Of a stretch of DNA of 64,000 nt, positions 25,748-37,600 are shown piece by piece; position 1 is the first letter of the stretch; each line of letters opens with the position of its first letter. The notes under the pieces were generated by a model, which worked only from the letters and a program-made list of their open reading frames with translations, did not search any database and had not been told where the DNA came from. The stretch spans positions 57,102,001 through 57,166,000 of the forward strand of contig CM060731.1 in the NCBI GenBank assembly GCA_030704615.1. Direction: 5' to 3'. The position numbers and the translations under genes are program-made. Source of the DNA: Takakia lepidozioides (Eukaryota > Plantae > Bryophyta).

Positions 25748-26859
25748 ATTGATAGATATATAACACATTGTCAAGCATTGAGCCATATACATTTAAGACA
25801 ATGTGCAAAAATTGCCTTAGAAGTGTCCTTTCAGTAGGCTAGTATTACACTACATGTTGATATTTCATACATAATGTCAAAAGTGTATAACACATTTGCA
25901 CACATTCAGCCATACACATATGTGAAAGTAGGAAAAAATTACTTTAGGAATGTCATCTAAGTGGGGTTACTGTTACATTGGATACCAATATTCCATACAA
26001 ATATCATAAAAGTATATGACATAGTTTAGTGGATATTAAGTGTACATCTATAAGTTCATAATGGATACATATGTGTGTAAGTATATAGCTTATGTTGAAT
26101 ATACATTGTAGTAACAGTGTGCAAGAATACAGATATTACACAATGTTTCCTCATAACTAAGTTAGAGATTATTTGAAAACAAAACAGAGAAAACATTTCC
26201 ATATTCTCAGTCGTCGTCATCCTCCATATTCAGACCACATCCCTAAACCCCACATTCACCTACATGTAAATTAAGCGGGACTCTATGATGTAAGAACTTG
26301 TTAGTCTAAGTATGTTTCTCATCTACTGCCGTACTTATTTTTGCACAGTTGTTTTTGCTATCCCAATATTTTCTTAGCCTTTGGCTATTGACATCTCTTG
26401 AGTTCTACTTCCATCTATCACACTCATGAGTTCCTTGACCTCAAACAACATTTGCATCGGGATTTTTCAGAGTTGAAAGTTGGCTCCATGTCCTATATCT
26501 TTCAAATCTCCTCTCATTATGATTGCTTTGTTCCTTACTAGTGTAGATTCTTTTAGCAGAAAAAAATCAACTATAGTGATAAAGATAGATTAAATGTTGT
26601 GGGCTCATAACCTCTCGAAAGTAACACACAACATTCTAGCATCTTAATCACTCACAAGCATTTGACATAAATCTGAGTTATGAGGAGAGCAAGTACACAG
26701 AAGAATCGGTCCCAATATGGATGTGGTATTTTATGGCAAGCATGTGGGCACGGCCCGCGAGGTGCAGCCGGGGAACGCCCCCTCCGGCAGCTTCGTCGGC
26801 GAGCTGGACGCCCCATGTCAAATCTTCCCACCCCCCTCGGGACCCCCCCCCCCCCCGGC

Positions 26860-27600
26860 CCGGGACCACTTCTGGCCACGTTGCGCCCCGAACCACCGCT
26901 CGATCTCCAGCCATGTGGCGGCCCCCTACGGTGGATCCCCTCATCCCTGGATTGATCCCCTGTCCAGTGCCGGAGTGATCCCCCACCCCCTATCTCCGGC
27001 CACGTGGTGTTCCCCCGAACTGTCGATCCCCTGCCCATCCATCCAACCTCAATTAAATGGATGTTGTGGGTCATCCGCCCCTCATCTCCTCCCGCGCAGG
27101 GATGGACGACAGCCGGATGAAGGGCCGATGACACTGACACGCCACGTGGAAGTCCCCCCCCCGCCATCGATCCCCTCGCCCCATCCATGGCGTGATCCAC
27201 CGAGACGTCGCCGCTCCCCCCGACCTGGGTTGATCCCCCCTCCAGTGTGGGAGTGATCCCCCAACCCTAATCGTCCGCCGCGTGGTGCTCCCCCGAACCG
27301 TCGATTCCCTGCGCATATCGATCCCCTGCACATCTATCCAACCTCAATAAAATGGATGATGTGGGTCAGCCGCCCCGCATCATCTTCCCGCAGGGGATGG
27401 ATGAAGGCAGATCCCACCACTTCGCCACGTGGCGGTCCCCTCTCCATCGATCGCCCGCTCCACGATTCTCCGCTCTGCCGCCCCCCCCCCCCCCCCCCCC
27501 CCCCCGCCGGGTAGACCCCCCCCGTCCAATTCGGGGATTGATCCCCTACTACCCCTCTGCCGCCATGTGCCCCCCCCCCCCCCCCCCCCCGATATATTGG
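26860..27600. repeat. GC-rich GATCCCC-containing repeat (about 295-bp unit, about 2 copies), with an inverted homolog at about 46940-47324
   Basis: TCGATCCCCTG..CATC.ATCCAACCTCAAT.AAATGGATG.TGTGGGTCA.CCGCCCC occurs at about 27020 and 27320. Its reverse complement occurs at about 47230-47290. Confidence 0.7.
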
Positions 27601-30125
27601 TACAAATTTCTTTTCAGATCGTTTTTTATCTTAAGGCATACAGTTTAGGCATTGTACTGCCAAAGCAGGGCAGTTTGCGAGTTATCTGGGAATCGCTGGT
27701 AAAGCACGTAGGAATTTAGATTATGTTTGAGACAACCATGGAGGAGCTCTGGCGTCAAAATGACCGTAGGGAGCTGCATCGACAGCGAGTTAGGCTGCTA
27801 ATTCGGTACCAGTAACGACAACATGTACCTGTTCGAAACAATACATGGCGACTGTTCCAGTCCCGGATTGCGATCTCTCTATTCTCCCGCCTTTCAAGTC
27901 CAATAGGAGCACGCGGCGAGGAGTCTTGGCAATTGGAGGAAACAATCTGTACAGCGATGAAATATTGCGACAAAACAAGTGCTGCATCGGAGCAAACGAC
28001 GGGTGAAGGAGCTTCCCGGCGAAGTTTTGAACTCCTCAACGATGCAAAGTGTGTAGGAGGAAACTCCAAATGATCTGTGACCCAGTGGCAGGGCCAAAGA
28101 CCCCCTGGGGGCACCACCAGTATTTTTACTGCCAGGAAGCGGCAGACTGCCTATATGGCGAAACCATGGAAACCAACCAAAGGTATCACTTTTCTTCCCC
28201 GATTCCCTTGAGATTTTACAGGCAGCTACGGGCCATCTAATTATAATTTGTCACCAAGTTTGAGGATTTTTGGAGGTGATGAGAGATGGCATCAAATTAT
28301 CACGCCGGGGGCAGTTGCGAAAGACGATTAAATGGAATTCTAGTTCATCCAATGGATAAAAACTGGAAATTCGACTTGCAAGCTGGAGGGATGAGAAGAC
28401 AACCTAGCGTCATCCATTGGATGGATGAAAAACCAGATTTATCATTAACACAAAGGTTTTCCATCCATGGTAATTATTTTATGGTGTTTTATCGTTTTTA
28501 AATTATAGATTCATGTAGGAAATAATAGTTTAAGACTATCCTTCACTAGTTTAAGAGGCCCCAAAAACACAATAAAAGAAGAGCAGACTCCTCTTGTTCT
28601 TCAATCTAGTCTCATTTCCTTGTTTTGGCCTCTTGCTTGTGTAGTTAGTTTTGAGCTTGAGGGAGCTAGTTCCTAGAGAGTTGAGCTTGTGGCTCTCTAG
28701 TATTAGAAGCAAGCATAGTGAGAGCAGGAATTCCTAGCTCAAGGCCTTGTGGCCATTTGAGGCAAGAAGTAGAGGAAGCGCTCCATGAAGTGGGAGACTT
28801 GAGGACGAGTAGGAGTGCCGGAGAAGGACCAGGCTTGAGTACCATTCTACCGAACGATTTAGTGCATCCCAAGCACCACTTGTTTCAGAGGGTGACTTAC
28901 CATACTATCTTGATCTTTGAATTCATTTTTTTTCATTTGTTGTTCAAGCTTGTTCCAAGAAGGGACCTTATAAGCATTGTTTGCTCAAAATCTATAAAAT
29001 CTAACCCTCTTTTAAAGAGGATGTGTGTGCATCTCTATGTACATGTGTGAAGAACGCAGGTGTGAAGCCCCAATCTAACCCAATTACGTCATGGAAGTGA
29101 GGGTAGATGTCCATTACTATGTTTAAGGAGATGGCGAACTTGCATGAAGTGACGAAGCTCTTGTCAAATTTCCCTTCCTAGCTTAGTGGCGACGGCCACA
29201 TTGCATGAGACGGCGAAGCTATCGCCAAAATTTCCATATTATTAAGTTCATATCTATGTTCATAAGCCCTCTGGCCATAGAGGACCATGGGAGGCAATGC
29301 TAACTAGCTTTATAAGTGGTTAGGCTATTTTGCAGAGAGCTGCCAAAAAAAGCAGAGCCCAGCACTAAAGTGTCGGCGCCTTAAGCGTCTTTGGGGTGGA
29401 GGTCAACCAAGGAGGTTGCCTAGAATCGCCATGGAAAGGCGCATCTAACATGGGTAGCGCGGCCTTCCCCCATGGGGGGAGTTGACCACTGGAGCAAAGT
29501 ACGGGTTGCTGGTACACTGCGTGGCAGCACCAGGCGCCATAGCTGGGCCCACACAGGTAGACGACGGAGCCTGCCTATTACCCACTGGACCCGTGCCGGC
29601 GGCGGGCAGCCACGTCGCGCTAGCCGCGGGGTATCGGTTTTAACCGCTGGATATTACGACGGACCCCGCCACGGACTATTGGTCCTTGGGACGGGTATTT
29701 TAAGGGCAGCGTAGCTACGGCGTGAGCCCAGCCCCGTGAGCCTGGGAGCTGAGCTCACGTTCAAGCTTTGAAGCGTGAGCTGAGCTCACGCTTCAGGGAA
29801 GCGTGAGCGGCATGAATCTGCTGGAGAAGCAGGTCCTATAGGCGAGGATTGCAGGAAGAGGGCCTATTACCGTGGACAAAACAAAGGAGGCCACCATGCA
29901 CCATGTCTGCAATGCGTGCCAAAAAAGAGGAATATGTAAACATGTCAGATTTGAGCTCAGAATGATTGACACAGTTTATTTCAATTCACAGAGAGACGCT
30001 TACAATGAATCGCAAGTGCATTTGCCCTCACAAGTGAACGAAATGTATATGTTTGTCATAAAATGAAAAGTCTTCACACGGCAACCTGGAAACCAGCATG
30101 GGAAGCGGGCATGGCTCGTATGTGT

Positions 30126-33100
30126 TCAAAGAGAAGTTGGCGGAGCTCTACGCGAGGTGTCCCGCTGCAGAAGGGTGATGACTTCTCCGTAGCCTAGTGT
30201 GGCTTGGTGAATGAATTGGTCTCTCTTACCGTCGCAACACATAATTACAAGGTATATGTAATATTGATGCTTGCAGGGGACCCACTTCCCTCTCATGCCG
30301 AGAGCGCCCTCACGCATCGTTACAAAATCCGGACAAGTGCACGATGGGAAATTCCCAATGGTAACTTGATATTCTTTGGCATGAAGAACTGAGCCAATTG
30401 ACAGCACTGTGTAAATCCGTCCATACCCCGGGGAAGGGACTTCGGTGATACGAGCCACCGTAGCCTGCAAAATTCTAGCCGATTCCATCTTGCATTCGTG
30501 ATCTGCACCCGAAGCAACACGGCGCACTGTTTTTCCATCTCTTTTTGTTGGGTGGGAGTTGGCACCGGGTGGAGGCATTGTCGGAGCATGTGGCACATCT
30601 GTGCCGACAGTGCATAAGGGCACCACCCGGGACCGTGCAAGACAAAACCCTCCCTCCTCCAGCATGCTTATCTCGGTTGAGGACAGCGATGTCCCAATTT
30701 GCACAGGCCAAATTGCGGGGGGAGGGGGCTTCATTATCACGGAAGGACGAACTGTTCCCTTCACGCATCGTGCCATATCGTCTGGGCAGAACCAAAACTT
30801 GTGCTCTTTTGACTCCCCACTATGATAAGGTCGGAACAACCCTGTGAATGTTGGAGCTGGAGTCCCCCTGGAGCCTTTGCATATTTTTGATTTGCATTTC
30901 TTGAAAGAGGGGGTCCGAATTGCCATGCAAGCCACTCTAGATCCTGGTGGGGTGCGTTCTATATGCCAGTCACTATCAATGCAATCAGATTCCTGCACCA
31001 TGGCCACCACCTCCTCCAATGGGATTTCCGCTGCTATGCTTGCATGTTCCGCACCTGCTCCACAGGAGGAGGACCCACCTGGGAAGGGGCCGGCACAGGA
31101 CTTAGTCTGCACTGGAGACACCTTTGGCACAGAGAAATTGACCCTGTCTGGCCTATGGGAATCTCCATCTGACCCTGGAAGAGTGTTTAATTTCCTTTTG
31201 CATGATCCAAATCTTTCCTCGCCTTCCAAATGGGGGAGCCTGGATTGCAGAGGGGAACCTTCAGTGCACCTGTTTAGAGCTCTGGCCATCTTTGACGGGT
31301 CTCCGGACCTACTCGCAGCCCTTAGCATCAACAAAGTCGAATCGGGGCCCTTCCCTCCACCCCGTCCCATCAGAAAATTGCGGTACCTGGTTTGTTGTGT
31401 AAGTGCCCGCACCATGTCATCAGCAGTGGCCACATACAAGTCACGACCTGCTTTGGTAGACTGTTGCATCCAGGCGTTGTGAACAGTCTCTGCCAAATTA
31501 CACGATGGCATGTCGGCCAAGTCCTCCAAGGACATGTCCTGCAGGAGGCATTGCATGGAAATGTGAGGAAGGAAAAGAAATGGTAGAGGTTATTCAAGTG
31601 ACAATCGAACAACCCCAAATGAACAGGCACGATGCAAAGTGCAATTTGTGTTTAAGGAAAACTTGTGAGGCTTACCGTCGTCATGAAAGCTCCCCACTGT
31701 CTGTACCTGAAGTGCCAGAAAACCAACCAGTCCTCCAACTCCTTCAGGTGGATACCTGTAGCAGCACCAGCGGAGAACCACCAAGCCCGGATTGCCTGGT
31801 AAGTGCTCTCTGCTTCTCCCATTGAGGTGGCATTCTTGTACTTCAGACAGAGCCTTCTATGCTCCAACTGAAGGTCAGGGCGAATGCAGCGCTTTGTATG
31901 ACGTGCCAGAGATTGACTCCAATGGAAGAGGCATGTGCGCTCCCTATTTTCCATGGGGACCTTAGGATCCCCAGAACCAAACACGCGCCGCACTGCATTG
32001 AAATTTGCCTGTGCACTATCAGCCATGAAGCCCGCAAAGTTTGTGTTCTGTATTCCATTGCGCTGCATGACGGTCAGGAGGGACTTCCACATGAGCATCT
32101 GGGATTCAGTGTCCTCCGACTGCATATCACAAATTGCTATGGAGAGCACACGCTGGTACGCTGGATCATACACATGGCACGCCATGGTTGTCCAACCCTT
32201 CACCCGTTTGCAGTGATCAAACATTAACCAACATTTAGCCAAATCTCCTCCAGGTTGCATTCGGCGGACAATGCTCACACCACTGCCTTGGCCCACAGCG
32301 GACATCTTGAACAAATACACTTTGGACGAGCCCTGGCCAGGGAACATACTGTTTTGAATGAATTCATAGCGACTCCTCCGTTTGAGGTCCATAATGTTGT
32401 CCATGAATCCAGCAGTGCCTGTGCCCATTCTGAGTGCATTCACCTGGTTTCGAATATTGGGAGAGCTCAACACGGAGAAATGGTCCATGACTGCCTCAAG
32501 GAATCTGCATCCAGCATTGGCTGTGTCGAATCCCCTTCACCCAGTATGTGTTTTTCCAGGAATGCCTTGCTAGCTGCAAGCGCTATAGCAGAAGGTGTTG
32601 CAGAAGGGGCATTATGGAACTCTTGCTTCAGTAGATTTCTAGCGATGTCCACGCTATCCCTGCAACTCCCTTTGGACACAGGATGCTCGTGTGCACCCAT
32701 ATGAATGCAGGCACGAGTCATTGTCTTGCATCGATGTGCCACCTGATACATACGAGCGTGGCAAACAGAAACACAGGACGGGGAAGTTTGCAGAACCTGC
32801 ACACAAAAGTATTGGTATTGGGAGGTGCAAGCCCTGGGGTGAAAGGATTCAGGGGCACACCTTCCCACTCACTTTCGTTTGGCTGAGCGCTGTTTCTCAG
32901 CCGAGGGCAAGAAATATTCAGGCACTTGCAATGCCCAACGCAAACCGACCTCCGAAATTTCAAGCCAATGTCGTTTATGGATGTTCGAAGTTTTTGTCCT
33001 GCACCAAGGATGTCCGTCATGTTTCTTGTCCATGCCCTGCAGAAGCCCAGCCAGTCCACTGGAAGACGTGGGAGGGTTGAGCTCAAACAAGATGTCCCCA

Positions 33101-33707
33101 TCAAACTGAGCTGGCACGTATTGAACACGTTGCACTGGAAGGGACTCCCAATCACAAAACGTAGCTCGCTCTTGCACCCAGGCACACCTGCGAGGGCTTT
33201 CAATTTTGGAATGACACTTGTTATCTCGCGCAATTCGTCATCATCCAATAAGGGAGTTTGCACTGGCGGAGGAATCTCAGAAACATCCTCCGAGGACGAG
33301 TCCGAAAGAGTAACGAAGGTAGTGGATGTGCTCACCTCTTGTTTCACAGGAACTGTGCCCTTCTGTTGCACGACCGATGCTGCAGTGCCAGGGGTAACGA
33401 CTGATCCTGCTGATTGTCTTCTCTCTTTTCCAAGGACACGGTATGTTCCTGGAAGGACTCTCCACTTCCTTCCACACTCGCCAACCAAGGGTTTCTCCAA
33501 GTGCCCAGAATCCAAATTCCCATCCTCGTCATACACCTCTTTCTGAACAAGCAGAGAAACCAACTCCAGCGGGAACACTGTAACCAGCTCATCCTCATGA
33601 ACAACTGCATACCCATCGTCGTCTGCAGTGGCAGTCAGTGGAAGAGTACCTGCATTGGAATGGAATCGAGCGAGTGCATCTCGCTCCCTCGACATGTTTT
33701 CCAGCAC
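30126..33707 (-). pseudogene. MULE (MuDR-type) transposase with GCM-like Zn domain, DDE core and C-terminal SWIM finger; about 4 frameshifts as assembled
   Basis: CVGHCKCLNISCP...CRFC...CHARMY...CIHMGAHEHP (GCM/WRKY-fold-like); WLMFDH...FMADSAQA...TCLFHW...CNLAETVH (D-D-CxxH-E); SWIM CTCPDF...PCKH. GT-AG intron at 31675-31539. Further 5' exons are likely above 33707. Confidence 0.88.
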
Positions 33708-34634
33708 TGAACGAAACTGCCGATGCAGAACGGGAATCCCCGAACTGAGAGCCCGTAATTATCGAAAGTGGAAATACCACCAGCAAACTGAGGTCAACAA
33801 GGTAGCACCAAACCCAAGGCTGCCGGCGATGCATGCCAAGGATGTAGGGATGACGTGCACATTCACCTCCACCAACCAGAAAAACGGTTTTGAAAGACCA
33901 GAGCACAAGAAGCCGTACTGTTTTTGGATGGAAAACAAACCCTGAATTTGACATGAAACCATCCATTATGAAATGACGGCAACAACCCTGGAGAGCAGTA
34001 AACAGGAAGATCCGATTGTAATGAGATTGTTTTGCGCCAGAATAGCACAGAACAAACACCGACACTTCAAGAGATACCTCGCACGAATGTGTGCAAACAC
34101 ATGGTCATATCCGACACAATCCTTTATACCGAATGACCCCATGGGGACGGTCACGCATAAAAAAAACCACAGGGCATGCAGCACAACACACGTGGATGCA
34201 TATGTGAAGCATAACAATTATTGCGAATCTGGAAGAACTGCTCGGAATTGAAAAAGCACTACATTTCTACGGCGCATTCGAATTTTGAAGAAGGCAAGGA
34301 GGCCGCCATGTATTGGCAGGCGGCGAAGCACATCTGACATATATCGCAAATGCATGCAACGGATATTCTTTTTCTTCGGCGCTTTATTAGCTGGGTAATA
34401 CAAAGACGACAAAATGGATGAATTCCGTTCGCACACAATATCAACACCCGCATCCAAATACGGTTGACAACGTCCATTTTTATTTTTGTTACATGCGATA
34501 CCAGAACTTGTTGCAAACGTCAAACTGGAGAGCTCCAGGGGCATCGTGGGGAGCCCTTGTTTCCAGCGGAGGAGAAAGAGAAGGAAGTCATTATACTTCA
34601 CGAGTTCTAGAACAGGAATAGAGCTAGATATAGA

Positions 34635-37600
34635 ATGAGGATGGAAAGAGTGGAGGAAGAGGAAAAGGAGGAAGAAGAGGGAATACAGGAAAGTGTGGCG
34701 ATGGAGGAGCAGGAATCTGGAGAAGAACAACAACCCACCATAGTTCCAGGAACAGGCGAGGAGGACACTGCGTCTGAGGGAGAGACAGACGACATGGAGG
34801 AAGATGTTGACATGGCCTCACGAACGATCTGACCACGGGAAAGAGGAAGGGGGAGAGGCTCACCTACATAGTCGGCGAAGAGAGCAGCCCCAAGCGGAAA
34901 GCGTCCCGGCAACTGGGGAGTCTTCTCGAGTAGCTACGAAAAAGGTAAAATCCACACGACCCATATTTGTGAAGAATTCGGCTTTGAATGGCAGGTATTT
35001 GTGAAAGAAAGAACCATTGGTCTTGCAAAATTTGGTTTGATGTCTGTTATGTGAGGTGAAACAACCCTTCACTGCCAGCCCAGACAGTGTGCGGCAACGC
35101 ACACTGTTTGAGCTGAGCATTTCAATGTTTCTGGGTGCAAAATTTGGACTTCAGGGGCACCTGTGTGAGTGTGAAAAGAACCCTTCACTGCCAGCCCAGA
35201 CAGTGTGCGGCAACGCACACTGTTTGAGCTGAGCATTTCAATGTTTATGGGTGCAAAATTTGGACTTCAGGGGCACCTGTGTGAGTGTGAAATGAACCCT
35301 TCACTGCCAGCTCAGACAGTGTGCGGCAACGCACACTGTTTGAGCTGGGCATTTCGGTGTTTCTGGTGAAAATTTGGTCTTTGCTGTCTGTTATCTGAGT
35401 TGAAATGAACCCTTCAAACCAGCTCAAACAGCGTGCGGCAACGCACAATGTTTGAGCAGACCTTTTCAATGTTTTTAGGGTTCAAAATTTGGTCTTGATG
35501 TCTGTTATGTTAGTGTGAAATGAACCCTTCACTGCCAGCTCAGACAGTGTGCGGCAACGCACACTGTTTGAGCTGACATTTCAATGTTTCTGGATGCAAA
35601 ATTTGGACTTCAGGGGCACCTGTGTGAGTGTGAATGAACCCTTCACTGCCAGCTCAGACAGTGTGCGGCAACGCACACTGTTTGAGCTGAGCATTTCAAT
35701 GTTTCTGGGTGAAATATTTGGACTTCAGGGGCACCTGTGTGAGTGTGAAAGAACCCTTCACTGCCAGCTCAGACAGTGTGCGGCAACGCACACTGTTTGA
35801 GCTGAGCATTTCAATGTTTCTGGGTGCAAAATTTGGACTTCAGGGGCACCTGTGTGAGTGTGAAATGAACCCTTCACTGCCAGCTCAGACAGTGTGCGGC
35901 AACGCACACTGTTTGAGCTGAGCATTTCAATGTTTCTGGGTGAAATATTGGACTTCAGGGGCACCTGTGTGAGTGTGAAAAGAACCCTTCACTGCCAGCC
36001 AGACAGTGTGCGGCAACGCACACTGTTTGAGCTGAGCATTTCAATGTTTCTGGGTGCAAATTTTGGACTTCACGGGCACCCGTGTGAGTGTGAAATGAAC
36101 CCTTCACTGCCAGCTCAGACAGTGTGCGGCAACGCACACTGTTTGAGCTGAGCATTTCAATGTTTCTGGGTGCAAAAATTTGGACTTCAGGGGCACCTGT
36201 GTGAGTGTGAAAAGAACCCTTCACTCAGCTCAGACAGTGTGCGGCAACGCACACTGTTTGAGCTGAGCATTTCAATGTTTCTGGGTGAAATTTGGACTTC
36301 AGGGGCACCTGTGTGAGTGTGAAAAGAACCCTTCACTGCCAGCTCAGACAGTGTGCGGCAACGCACACTGTTTGAGCTGAGCATTTCAATGTTTCTGGGT
36401 GAAAATTTGGACTTCAGGGGCACCTGTGTGAGTGTGAAAAGAACCCTTCACTGCCAGCTCAGACAGTGTGCGGCAACGCACACTGTTTGAGCTGAGCATT
36501 TCAATGTTTCTGGGTGAAATTTGGACTTCAGGGGCACCTGTGTGAGTGTGAAAAGAACCCTTCACTGCCAGCTCAGACAGTGTGCGGCAACGCACACTGT
36601 TTGAGCTGAGCATTTCAATGTTTCTGGATGCAAAATTGGACTTCAGGGGCACCTGTGTGAGTGTGAAATGAACCCTTCACTGCCAGCTCAGACAGTGTGC
36701 GGCAACGCACACTGTTTGAGCTGAGCATTTCAATGTTTCTGGTGAAATATTGGACTTCAGGGGCACCTGTGTGAGTGTGAAAAGAACCCTTCACTGCCAG
36801 CTCAGACAGTGTGCGGCAACGCACACTGTTTGAGCTGAGCATTTCAATGTTTCTGGGTGCAAAATTTGGACTTCAGGGGCACCTGTGTGAGTGTGAAATG
36901 AACCCTTCACTGCCAGCTCAGACAGTGTGCGGCAACGCACACTGTTTGAGCTGAGCATTTCAATGTTTCTGGTGAAAATTGGACTTCAGGGGCACACATT
37001 GTGTGAGTGTGAAAAGAACCTTCACTGCCAGCTCAGACAGTGTGCGGCAACGCACACTGTTTGAGCTGAGCATTTCAATGTTTCTGGGTGAAATATTTGG
37101 ACTTCAGGGGCACCTGTGTGAGTGTGAAAAGAACCCTTCACTGCCAGCTCAGACAGTGTGCGGCAACGCACACTGTTTGAGCTGAGCATTTCAATGTTTC
37201 TGGATGCAAAATTTGGACTTCAGGGCACCTGTGTGAGTGTGAAATGAACCCTTCACTGCCAGCTCAGACAGTGTGCGGCAACGCACACTGTTTGAGCTGA
37301 GCATTTCAATGTTTCTGGGTGAAATATTTGGACTTCAGGGGCACCTGTGTGAGTGTGAAAAGAACCCTTCACTGCCAGCCAGACAGTGTGCGGCAACGCA
37401 CACTGTTTGAGCTGAGCATTTCAATGTTTCTGGGTGCAAAAATTTGGACTTCAGGGGCACCTGTGTGAGTGTGAAATGAACCCTTCACTGCCAGCTCAGA
37501 CAGTGTGCGGCAACGCACACTGTTTGAGCTGAGCATTTCAATGTTTCTGGTGAAATTTTGGACTTCAGGGGCACCTGTGTGAGTGTGAAAAGAACCCTTC

